A stretch of DNA of 64,000 nucleotides, from assembly GCA_951406725.2 (NCBI GenBank), contig OX597816.1, positions 33,356,001 to 33,420,000 on the forward strand, given 5' to 3'. This document shows positions 26,013 to 37,765 of this stretch, in pieces; within the stretch, counting starts at the first letter, position 1, and each line of letters opens with the position of its first letter. Under the pieces are notes generated by a model. The model did not search any database and was not told the origin of the DNA. It saw only the letters and a program-made list of their open reading frames with translations. Source of the DNA: Octopus vulgaris. Lineage: Eukaryota. A program made the position numbers and the translations under genes.

Positions 26013-26105
26013 TATTTCTTCCTGAAGAGAAAGACACAATATGGTCTCATTATTCAATCGGATTTTGGTAAATTGTGCCTTTCGAAACACGTGTAGAATG
26101 AAATA
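26013..26105 (+). ncRNA. Type I hammerhead ribozyme motif in PLE pseudo-LTR
   Basis: tatttc-ttc-CTGAAGA(26022-28)-gaaagacacaat..attgtgcctttc-GAAA-C-ACGT-GTA-gaa-t-gaaata. All three stems can pair; cleavage triplet is GUA. Confidence 0.8.
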
Positions 26106-26310
26106 AAACGATTTCTGTTCAATCTTCGTTCAGCTCCATTTCTTCAATTCACCAATAATATTTAATTTCAATTATCCGCACCAACGCACGGTTGCAACAC
26201 CATATGGTTGTACTTCCAACCGTGCTGTCTTCTGCTGTGATTTTTGCTACCAAGGTATCGGTTAAACTTTTGATTAATCTGCTACAAGATTATTCATCTT
26301 TCTATTTCAC

Positions 26311-26366
<56 letters not shown>

Positions 26367-26445
26367 TATAATTATGTATACATATATAGGCATATATATA
26401 CATATATACATATATATACATGTATTTACACATACACACACAGAG

Positions 26446-26507
<62 letters not shown>

Positions 26508-26529
26508 CACATACACACACACACTCATA

Positions 26530-26800
26530 TATCCGCTGCCTCCGAAGTATGCAATGGGTTCCCGAGGTACTCAAGAAGCCCGGCAATAATTTTTGGAGCT
26601 GTACTTTTGTGATCCTTTCTAACAAGTCGCGTATCTGAATGTTTTGGTTTTCCTCCGGAGTTTTGTTTCGACGAGAATTTACTCTCCTTCTGAAAGGCTC
26701 TCAATACTCTCAAGACAGTGCCACTTCATACAGCAAACATTTTGACCGCTTTCTTTCATTGTAACATTTTTAGCATCATGCCTATCTCTATGAAAACACC
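26530..26800 (-). pseudogene. Tc1 transposase N-terminal fragment
   Basis: [38 protein letters not shown], homologous to the 23300-23520 region of the Tc1 copy. Confidence 0.75.
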
Positions 26801-26989
26801 CTGTTAATGTCTACGAAGAAATAGTGTCGCTCATCTTAGACTGGGATATATCTCACAGGAAGTAGTCAGTCATGCATCCAATTTTAAGCAAACAAGCTTG
26901 CTACTAGTATATGGTGTAGTCTGTCTCGGTTTTCAATCTCTCAAGTTTATATATATATATCATTACTTGTCTTTCATAGCACATCTTTC

Positions 26990-27530
26990 GTAGGAATCTT
27001 TAATACTAGTGTTGTTGTAAATTGCTTTTCTCAAGAAGTATCATGATGAAAGATTTAATCCAGAATTTGCCGTTCACCAGTGTGCCAGAAGTTATTGCAA
27101 GGTGCTTCAATATTGTTCATTGTAGCTCCTTACTTAGCAGTACAGCAGACTTATTGTATGCTCCTATTGATTTTCCATATTTCAGGGACATTAAAATGAC
27201 TTTAACTTCATCACGCATAATTTGATAGTCATTGCAATTTAAAGATTCTCGTACGTTAATCACTGTTGAATCTCCAATAAGCTGGCAACTGTGTACTTCT
27301 GAACAGTAATCTGTTCACCTTTTCATTATTTTTCTTCTCTATGTTATGATCAACATTTAAGATACTGTTTACTAATACTTTGTTTTCTTTTAGTAGATGG
27401 AAAGCATTTTTGGGTTATTCCTAGAAAGGCTGTCTTCAATATCCTCACACTGTTTATTTACCTATCTTGGCTTTGCTTTCCTCATTTCCTTCTTAATTTC
27501 CTCGTTGAATGCCTTCTATGTATTCTGCTA
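26990..27530 (-). pseudogene. RTE-clade LINE ORF fragment (linker to RT start)
   Basis: Hand translation gives EIKKEMRKAK..VNKQCEDIEDSLSRNN, TDYCSE, IMRDEVKVILMSLKYGKSIG..SAVLL and FWHTGE..WIKSFIMILLEKSN. This matches the RW.EY..ELY..EEV..A..LK.GK..G.D..ELL..IW.TG.WP..W..S....L.KKG pattern. Confidence 0.75.
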
Positions 27531-27632
27531 TGTAATCTTTTGCATTTAAAGAACAATATACATGATACATACGTACACACACGCACACACACACACACAC
27601 ACATATATATATGTGTGTGTGTGTGTGTGTGT

Positions 27633-27706
<74 letters not shown>

Positions 27707-28039
27707 CAGGTATGTCTATGTATGTATATATACTGACACACATCCATGCACACATACACATATGTACATGTGTGTAGCGAGAGAGAGAGAGAGAGATTAA
27801 ATAATGAAGATAGGGAGAACTTAGATAACAATCTTCATTCGGAGCAGTGTGTATTAATGTGATATTATTGTGCAGGATATTGCTAAAACGCTATCTAAAA
27901 GGGTTTCACCACTTCTTTGCATTTTTTTTATCAACATTACAGCAACTCTTTTTAATGTAGATACCTTGACGTTAATCATTACTATCGAATATTGACCTCG
28001 AAGATTTCAGGTATTAAGATTTCACAAATAGAAAAATAT

Positions 28040-28437
28040 AGGAGTGGCTGTGTGGTAAGTAGCTTGTTTACCAAACACATGGTTCCGGGTTCAGTCCCAC
28101 TGCGTGGCACCTTGGGCAAGTGTCTTCTACTATAGCCTCGGGCCGACCAAAGCCTTGTGAGTGGATTTGGTAGACGGAAACTGAATGAAGCCCATCTTAT
28201 ATATGTATATATATATATATGTAAGTGGCGTGTATGTTTGTGTGACTGTGTTTGTCCCCCTAGCATTGCTTGACAACCGATGCTGGTGTGTTTATGTCCA
28301 CGTCACCTAGCTGTTCGGCAAAAGAGACCGATAGAATAAGTACTGGTCTTATAAAGAATAAGTCCCGGGGTCGAGTTGCACGGCCGCAGTCAAAATGACT
28401 GAAACAAGTAAAAGGGAGAAAAAGAGAGAAAAGAGAG
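28040..28437 (+). mobile_element. SINE family A
   Basis: Same head and body as other copies, with a short internal deletion near 28380. Confidence 0.9.
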
Positions 28438-29793
28438 ATTTAATATATGACAAAACAATGGATACTCCTAGATTTTAACTACTTGAAAGGGCTGAAGTAA
28501 ATTCTTGTCGAATTTTACTTTTGGAATTGCCAGATATGTAATGAGTGCCGTGAGCAGTTGAGGACGTAATATTGTTGTCAACATGATTTAATGCTAGATT
28601 ATTTAGAATCTCCAGTCAATACACTGCACTAACGGCAGCTGTGCACTTGATAAATGTTAACTGATTGTCAGAGAGATTTAGGGATTTACTATCAGATAAA
28701 GGTTATAGAGTGAAATGAACATAAGAAGATCTGAAACTATGATTCATAGACTACAAGTTAAATAGTTAAATGTAGTAGTAAGCATATCAGCTTTAGTTTT
28801 GGCAGACGTATTTCTTTTTCTTTCCGTTTCTTCTGTTTTCAAGTTATCATGCACAAATATTTCGAGATAACTACTCAAGCTGTATGTGCATTATATTGTT
28901 CTACTATTTTTAACTGTTTCAATTGTTGCACTGTAACAATGATGGAGGCATTGTTTGGAAGATTTCAGTCGATCAAATTTACTCAAGTACTTGGTACTTC
29001 TTTTTTAACGTTTGGCAGTTGTTCTATTGATAGTTTTTGAAGAACCCCAAATCACGAGAAAGTTAATATGCTATCCTCATTTGTGAAGCGGCACACACAT
29101 ACACACACACAAGCACACACACACACACAGAAGCACACAAACACACAAGCACACACACAGAAGCACACAAACACACACACACACAGAAGCACACACACAC
29201 ACACACACACACACAAATGGATTCCACCTAATTTCGACGTATGTAATTCGCTCACAAATAATTTGTCAGTTCCACACTTCTGTAAAATCAAGTGCTCAGG
29301 GTACTGTACAGTGGAATTGAGCGCAAAACTGTTTAGTTTCAATGCAGTCTTCTTAATCACACAGCCATTCCTGCATCTGATGTTATGTTAATTGTGACAT
29401 TCTTAATATCAGTGTTACTCACACGGTTAGCGTGAGATAGATATTTCACATGTGTTGTTTATATCGAAATCTTCTCTTAACAACTCATTCTATTTTGAGC
29501 CTTAGGCAATCATACACATTCTCTTAGACATGAAATTTCTAGAAACACATTTTGAAATTTGGGCTGTCGTCCTCGAGAGTCTAGGTAGTAATTTGAAGGA
29601 CATTTAGCTTCTATTCTAGCTAGTGGACCAACTGTATACATATATATAAGTTGATATCTGTCAACGATACTCCATCTCCACTTCTCCTGTAGACACGCAC
29701 AAACACACTCACGCGCGCGTGCATAACATCGATAACTGAGATATGTTTCAATCAAAGATTGGCCCAGGCCATGCCTAACGTAATAGCACCACC

Positions 29794-29860
<67 letters not shown>

Positions 29861-30231
29861 GAGTTTAGTTTACTGATGATCTAAACCAATTTCTCTCACT
29901 CACTCATAACCCTCTTTCTCTTTGATCTCTCTACCTATGATGATGTCTATCTCTCTCACACTGTACACCTATGTGGATCATTTTTCGCACAAACTAACCA
30001 CTTGATTTAATTCCTTCAATTTGAATAATACAACATTCAAAATACTGCCTGAATGTATCTAGGATTATACTTAAGAGGCCATACATTCACGGAGGTACGG
30101 TCTAAACATCACACCCTCTGGAACAACATGAACTGTGAACTTTATTCTCCTGTCTTTATTCTTCTAGGTACTGTTTTATTCTTTTATATACTGTGAATTC
30201 TCGGTCTTGATATTTCCTGCACACACACCTC

Positions 30232-30310
30232 ATCTCTGATGACGGAATACCTTGTGTATGGAGATGTTGACCCAATACCAGGGATATCCCCGGAGACATA
30301 TTCAAGACAT
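30232..30310 (+). ncRNA. Degenerate hammerhead-like motif (PLE remnant)
   Basis: tct-CTGATGA-cggaataccttg...cagggatatccc-cgGAGAC. GAAA is mutated; probably inactive. Confidence 0.35.
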
Positions 30311-30829
30311 TAATTACTTATACTTCTCTATTTTGATTCACCTAACCTTATTAAATATTCTAATTAACCTGAGATAATTGCCCTGCCTTGGTTTTGTTTC
30401 CCATTTTACTTTAATATATATATAGATGAATGCATATATGCGTGTAACATAAATTTAGTAAACACATACACAAACATACACACAGCACACGCATGCATCC
30501 ACAATGTATACTGCTGAATGGCTTGATTATCAAATTCATGAATAAAAGCACAGTTTACACTTTGATACTAAGCATCAGTAACGGAAAACGAAAGAAGAAA
30601 AATAAAAGCAAAACAAATAATACTATAAAAAATGTGGACCTTAATATTTTCGGTAGTTGGTTAGCTGCTTGTGAATTAATTGTTACTTGCCGTCTCGCTA
30701 GTCTTTATTGAAATGTATCTATATAAACTAAGGGTAGCTTATCCTGTTTACCGGAATGATATTCATCCCCACACGAAAAACTGTATATAGTTTAACGTGA
30801 ATAACTATATAGTAAAGATAAACTGGCGA

Positions 30830-31760
30830 ACAAGGTTCTCCTGTTAAAGAAGATTTTCAAACTGAAGTTATAAAACGATACGAACGTGGTGACAATAAAG
30901 GAAAGATTAGAGCAAGACTTGGGCATGAATTAAGCAATAAATTTGCATTCTGTTTGTACACCTACTTTATTCCTACTGTTGATATGCACTATTTCTATTG
31001 TTTGTACGCATTTATGTTGAAATTTTCCACGAAAGATTAAGGGAATATGAAAGACTTTAAGGGGAAAAGTAAAGCTGCATTAATTTTAGGCTTGCTACAG
31101 CAATGTATTGAAGTAATAATATGATTAAAAATGGTTTTCCGTTAGAAGGTTCTAAACACAAACGAATTCCCCTAATTACCAAGACTATTGAAATGAAAGC
31201 TTTAAGTAACTTTACTGCCAAGGAAAAGAACTTGATTTAAGAAATAAAAAAACAAAATTTTTTTAAGAAAAGAAAAAAGTAATTCGAGCAGGAATCTAAA
31301 AACGCCCCTTTTACTATTAGTGATTTGTGCAAAATAGTCATATTTTTTCTTGAACATGATATCACTTTTACTGCAGATGTATCAATAGTTAATTGCTATT
31401 TTAAAATAAAGAACATTTGCGCAAACAATTAAGTTTTCAACGAGAGAAAATGCAATTTCCTTGTTAAAATTTTGGGAACAATTAAATATAATAGATGCCA
31501 TCGAAAATATTCATGAACCATGGGAAAAATTGAATAGAAGATGTATGAGAACAGTTTGAAATCATTACCACAATGTGTTAAGAATTTCGTTGAAACACCC
31601 ACTCTTATTCCGACAAGAAGAAAACACTCAAGAATTAGTTTAACTTTGGAAGTAACCTTGGTTTCCGTGAAACATATTTTAAAGTTGTTTGTGATTTATG
31701 TGAATCGAATCAGGAATTATAAACTGATCACACAATCCTTAATTTAGAACAACAACATAC
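30830..31760 (+). pseudogene. Fossil Tigger/pogo transposase
   Basis: EVIKRYERGDNKGKIRARLG (HTH), RIPLITKTIEMKALS (CENP-B-type HTH), IVIFFLNMISLLLQMYQ*LIAILK (cf. FLPPNTTSL.QPMDQGVI..FK) and FW.QLNIIDAIENIHEPWEKL. Confidence 0.75.
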
Positions 31761-32274
31761 ATATGAAGGTCATCAATTTAGTTGAGGAAAACGAACAATG
31801 AATAAAAGAAATGGCAGTGGAATATATTCATTTCGAATTTCAATTATTTGACAAATTTATGCAATTAAAAAAATTGATGAAATTTAAATATGTTTTCTTT
31901 ACTACAGAGAGAAAAGGACAGAGACACATTAAGAAAAAGATGAAATGGACATCAAAGCGCCGCAGTTAAGTATTATGCAAATAAAAAAAATCAGAAAAAG
32001 TATCTCTCCTTGGTTTCCCTTATAAATGAGTTTTATTTCTGAAAACAAAACAAAGCTCTGTTGTCATATATTTTTTATATCACAGAATATGTTCATGATA
32101 TGGGATCAAGGTTCTTATTCAAGGCTTGCGAAGTTCAAGAAACAACGTCCAGAACAATAAATAATTATTGCTGCTTAAGAGAAGACAAGGAGGTTTCTCT
32201 TCATGATTTGGAGGCACGTGGCCGTAGTGTAAACAGCAACCGGCACACTGAAACAGCCAAACGGCTTAGAAAAG

Positions 32275-32351
<77 letters not shown>

Positions 32352-32529
32352 ATGGTTTGTTGAATTAGAGGGTTAAAAATAACCGTATAAGGGAAAGAAG
32401 TATCCATTACACTACCAGTATATTACCTATATTTAACCATGGAAATTCACATGCAAACATGTTATGTTCATAAGTTATAGGTTAAGGCAAAAATAAACAT
32501 GGATTTATCAAGAATCCAAATTTAAAACT

Positions 32530-32985
32530 ACAGAAAATGGAGAAGTACTGATTAAGAAAAACTGACTTACATCAATTATTATTTATTAATTCATTACAAA
32601 TACACAGCATCCCATCTAACAGCTATTTCTGCTTCCAATGTCTCATGGTATTGCCATTGATATTCAAAATATGTAAAAATATTTATCATATTTGGTAATA
32701 AAACCGATATTAAACAAGGAGCTTCATCAGAGTTAGAAAGAAATAGCGAAGAATGGCTTAGAAAAGAAAAAAAGTTGAAAACTGAAAATGGCTGATATAC
32801 CATTTTGCTTCGTGTCTCTTTGGGCGTTAAGTCTTTTACTTAACGGCTCAAAGAGTCACGCGTATTACATATAACACTGGAAGCAGAAGCTGCTATTAAA
32901 TGGGATGTAGTCTATTTGCATGGAATTAATAAATAATAATTGATGTAAGTTAATTGTTGTTAATCAGGACTTCTCCATTTTCTGT
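32530..32985. repeat. Diverged inverted repeat (~112-bp arms)
   Basis: 32530-32641 is complementary to 32874-32985, and (TA)n follows. The spacer has CTGATGA on the minus strand. Confidence 0.8.
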
Positions 32986-33009
32986 TTTCTTTATATATAT
33001 ATATATATC

Positions 33010-33302
33010 ACTTGATCCCATGACCGACCAGACCATCAGATGTTGTTACACATCGCTGGTCACAATGCGTTCGCATTGTTTTAGCCTTCGAATGACGCCA
33101 CCCCGCTGGCTAAGCGAGCAGGCCAATAGAAGAAAGAGTGAGAGAAAGAGTGGTGAAAGAGTACAGCAGGAATCACCACGCCCTGCCGGAGCCTCGTAGA
33201 GCTTTTAGGTGTTTTCGCTCAATAAACACTCACAACGCCCTGTCTGGGAATCGAAACCGCGATCCTGCGACCGCGAGTCCGCTGCCCTAACCACTAGGCC
33301 AT
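33010..33302 (-). mobile_element. tRNA-derived SINE (family D)
   Basis: Head tggcctagtggttagggcagcggactcgcggtcgcaggatcgcggtttcgattcccag with A/B boxes, followed by a non-tRNA body. Confidence 0.8.
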
Positions 33303-33314
33303 ATATATATATAT

Positions 33315-33364
<50 letters not shown>

Positions 33365-33707
33365 GGATAAATTGTTATACATGCGTATATATATGTATTT
33401 GAATACATTCATACACACTCACTCAATCACATACCCAAAAGTATACTTATACACACACATATATAAGTGTTGTTTATAAATCACCTTTGCAATTTCGAAA
33501 GTTCTGAGAGAAAGGAAAATAAGGATAAGTCAGTAGAGTTTTATTGGCATACAAATTAAGTTTTATTAGAAATATCAGAATGCTTTCATGTTGACTCTAT
33601 TGTTTGCACGCTGCACATTTAGACGATCGATATAATATATTGTGCAAGTTGTAAAGGTAATTTATAAATACACTGTATATTTATATAAGCGTATACAAGC
33701 TTGTATA

Positions 33708-33869
33708 GGCACGGGTGTGGCTGTGTGTTAAGAAGCTTTCTTCACAACCATATGGTTCTGGATTCAGTCTACTGCGCGGCATCTTGGTTAAGTGTCTTTT
33801 AGTATAGCCGCGGGCTGACCAAAGCCTTGTGAGTGGATTTGGTAGGCAGAAACTGAAAGAAGCCTATCG

Positions 33870-33928
<59 letters not shown>

Positions 33929-34150
33929 GTGTGTGTATGCGTGTGTGTATGTGTGTGTGAGTGTGAATGCCTTTGTCCCCCACCACGGATTTGTTACTGT
34001 GTTTACGTCCCAGTAACTTAGCTGTTTGGTAAAAGAGAGTGATATAAGAAGTACCAGGTTTTAAAATAATAGTTATTTGATCGATTCACTCGGCTAAAAG
34101 TTATTTAAGAGGGTGCCTCTACATGGCTGATATCTAATGACTGAAACATG
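33708..34150 (+). mobile_element. Older SINE family A copy
   Basis: Diverged head gtgtggctgtgtgttaagaagc..ggattcagtc, with internal (TA)n(TG)n. Confidence 0.8.
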
Positions 34151-34434
34151 CCAAACGAATATTAAAAAGAAAAGTTCGTACGTTGTTTTCTGTGTTATAA
34201 AATAGAAAAGAAACTGACAATATTCAGCACGTATAAGTTAGCAAATTCAGTCGATTATTGTCCCCTTAGTGATAGTCAAGGTAATGAATAAACGCAATAA
34301 ATTATATTGTTTTCTCCACTCGTTCGGCAGAGAAGCTCTTACATTGAGAAGCTCTTACACACTTCTCTACTTATTTCTTTCTGGTTGTTATCCGAATCTG
34401 ACCTTACTTTTCCAGATAGACATTCATTGATATC

Positions 34435-34856
34435 TATTTCTTTACTACCCACAAGGGGATAAACATAGACTGGACAAACAAGGACAGACCAAGGGATTAA
34501 GTCGATTACATCGACTACAGTGCGTAACTGGTGCTTAATTTATCGACCCTGAAAGGATGAAAGGCAATGTCGACCTCGGTGGAATTTGAACTCAGAAAGT
34601 AACAGCAGACGAAATACCTATTTCTTTACAACCCACTAGGGGCTAAACACAGAGAGGACAAACAAGGACAGACAAACGAATTAAGTCGATTATATCGACC
34701 CCATTGCGTAACTAGTACTTGTTTAATCGACCCCGAAAGAATGAAAGGTAAAGTCGTCTTCGGCGGAATTTGAACTCACAACGTTGCAACAGGCGAAATA
34801 CTGCAAAGCATTTCGTCCGGCATTTCGTCCGTAGCGCTTCAGCCAGCTCGCCGCCA
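34435..34856 (-). mobile_element. Tandem dimer of SINE family B with 24-bp target-site duplication
   Basis: Two units (34435-34617 truncated, 34618-34856) flanked by tccagatagacattca(t/a)tgatatc at 34411-34434 and 34857-34880. Confidence 0.85.
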
Positions 34857-34955
34857 TCCAGATAGACATTCAATGATATCGACTGAGGATGCATAGACAA
34901 TCTACATGAAAAACATACATTTTTTAATATATATACGTAAGTGTATATACAAACC

Positions 34956-34987
<32 letters not shown>

Positions 34988-35449
34988 TGTATGTATGTAT
35001 GTATGTATGTATGTATGTATGTATGTATGTATTTGTATGTATGTATGTATAACTATACACGAAATGGAACTATACACTTCTCATATAATTCTAGAAGTGT
35101 GAAAATATTCACCGCTCAAAAGGAACTTGATCACATTAGATCCAATATCTGTCTCTCTGTTGGTCTTTCTGCTCACATAACTGTCTGTCAGTCTGTCTGT
35201 CTACCTATCTTTAGTTTTTCTGAAGATCTCTTCCTATGGCAAAAAATGTCGCTTTGATATGGTGGTTCAACCTGCTATACAGAGCAATCTAATTATAACA
35301 TGGAATTTTATCGTTTTAAAACGTTCTGAAGTATTCTTAGATGGCCTGTTTTATTTTTTTTTAATAAAAAGAAGACAAGCCGGTCGAAACTGTGGTCCCC
35401 TCGTTCGTAAGTTTGCTCGATCAAGGCCACTTGGTTAAAAAGAAGAGCA

Positions 35450-35452
35450 ACA

Positions 35453-35492
<40 letters not shown>

Positions 35493-35585
35493 TAACTACT
35501 ACTACTACTACTACTACTGCTGCTGCTACTACTACTACTACTACTACTTCTACTACTATAACTACTACTGTTGCTGCTGCTGCTG

Positions 35586-35627
<42 letters not shown>

Positions 35628-36337
35628 ATGCTGCTGCTGCTGCTATCGCTCTGCAAATCATATAAATATAAAACCTAAAACAACTACATTAATGAAGATC
35701 TCCCGTGGCAGATCATCCGTTGTTTTCGACATTGAACATTCAGTTGTGTTTTCAACCAATCATCCAGTCCTAGAAATTAACCTGTAATGGGCAAAGTATT
35801 CCATAGATACGCCTGCTGTTTGCTTAGCTCAAGGATATATGTTAGCAGTACAGCTACTTTTTTAAAATATAAGCTCCTCGCTAGTTTCCGTCCACCTAAT
35901 TTCATTCAAAGTTTATATATCGATCCAATTACATAGAAAATGATACATGTTTAAAATGCTACGCAGAGGGATCGAACGTGACATTTTTTGATCGCTTCAG
36001 CACTGTCCCTTATATCATCCTTAATAGGTATGTCAACATCAATAATGATAATGAGAAAAATAAGAGCAAAAACAACAACAACAATATTAGTAATGATGAT
36101 AATATTAATATTAATAATAACAATAATAATAATAAAAATATTAGTAATAACAACAACAATAATAATAATAATGGCAATAATAATAATAATAAAATGATCA
36201 TAATCATCATCATACTCATCATCATCATCATCATCACTATTATTATTATTATTATTATTGTTACTATTATTAATTATTATTATTATTATTATTATTATTA
36301 TTGTTGTTGTTATTATTAATTATTATTATTATTGTTA

Positions 36338-36390
<53 letters not shown>
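35450..36390. repeat. Trinucleotide microsatellite cluster (CTA/CTG, AAT/ATC/TTA)
   Basis: Direct reading at 35450-35645 and 36040-36390. Confidence 0.9.
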
Positions 36391-37587
36391 GTACTATTAA
36401 TATTTTTCGGTTTTTTTTTCTTCCAAACATCCATTTGAAAATATAACTCCGGCGATGTTCTTGAAAGTTCCTGTACAGCATCTATAGATTATTTTACAGG
36501 AATAATTTGCCATCTTCAAGTATTCTTAGATGTTGCTCCTTCCTCCATTTATTTCTCTTCCCACTTACATTTCAATAAATTATAAATGTGATGATTTCTG
36601 AATTAAATATTTTATTCATTTATTTATTTTTTTTGTCTCAAGAATATCTAAGAGCAGTTTTGATCCATCTTTGTCTGAATTTTTTCATTGATTTCAATTG
36701 ATTTCAATAGAAAAATGATCACTTCAGAAATATCCCATTCCTCATTAAGTGATCTCATCGAGTTTGATTTTAAATTGATTCTAAAAATTTGAATATGTTT
36801 TTTTTTTTCTTTTCAGCAGAAAATTTTCATCTCCAATTTTTATTGATTTCTGTTCTTCATCCGAGAATCATTTCTATATTTCTGAATGTGTGCAAATGTT
36901 TAATAGGTGAAGTAAAATGGCGATACCGTTGAAAGTTTCTTACTTGTTGTTTAGCCCCAGGTTAACTCTGATCGAGTAAATTTTGATCATCTGTCACCCT
37001 TCTGTTTATTTGAACATCTAAGACTACATACCCCGTGTACCCTTTTTGAAATACAATCCGTTGTCTTACGAAATAGATTTAGCTGCAATTTCTAACAAGT
37101 AGCTCTTTAAAGAATTACAACAGCAGTGTCCATAGGCGTAAAAATAATTCATGTTTGACAAGGAAAATATGTTAATAACTAAATAAAAAATATTTAAAAT
37201 GTGGAAATGGTTGACGTTCGTATATCGATTGACACGATTTGTTTCGATAATACAGAATATAATCAATCTATCACACGTTTTAACACTGGGGTGCTTGAAA
37301 CAGTGTCCACGTTTTGCAAGCATTCAGACCAAAACCCGGCTTGTGTATAAGAAAATGTTTTAGTATAACTCTGACTACTAGGAGGCACTATAAAGATTCA
37401 TAGACTCTATAAGTTATACACACCCACATTCACACACATATATATCTGTTTGTGTAAGCATGCATATATATATATATATATATATATTAATAAATTTTAG
37501 GGTAGCAAAAACATTCTAGAAAAATTCTCCGCTACCAGCGGTCAAGTGAGAAAGATAAAATAGTCAATAGACTATGCAATATACATT

Positions 37588-37765
37588 CAAACATATAAGA
37601 GAAGGTCATAATAGGACATCTGACTCACTAGAAAGAGCAGTTTACCCTACGGTAAACGTTTTTATTTCTCTTTTCATTTCAGAATTACAACTATTAGTGG
37701 TTTGGAGTTTAACTGCTCTTTCTAGTGAGTCAGATGTCCTATTATGGCCATCTCTTATATGTTTG
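37588..37765. repeat. Inverted repeat (55-bp arms, 68-nt spacer)
   Basis: 37588-37642 vs 37711-37765, two mismatches seen. Lies within a (TA)n-bounded insert. Confidence 0.88.

Larger units (their letters stand above)
24522..26312 (-). mobile_element. 5'-truncated Penelope-like retroelement with inverted pseudo-LTR
   Basis: GIY-YIG ORF, a 176-bp inverted repeat (24522-24697 / 25986-26161) with an HHR in each arm, and (TA)n on both sides. Confidence 0.88.

Noticed and set aside
33225-33302. tRNA gene
   Set aside because: A/B boxes are present but it continues into a SINE body without a proper acceptor stem. The same applies to the other SINE heads.
36490-36570. Minus-strand KWRKEQHLRIL resembling the MMP catalytic start
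   Set aside because: No acceptor, and an in-frame stop follows shortly.
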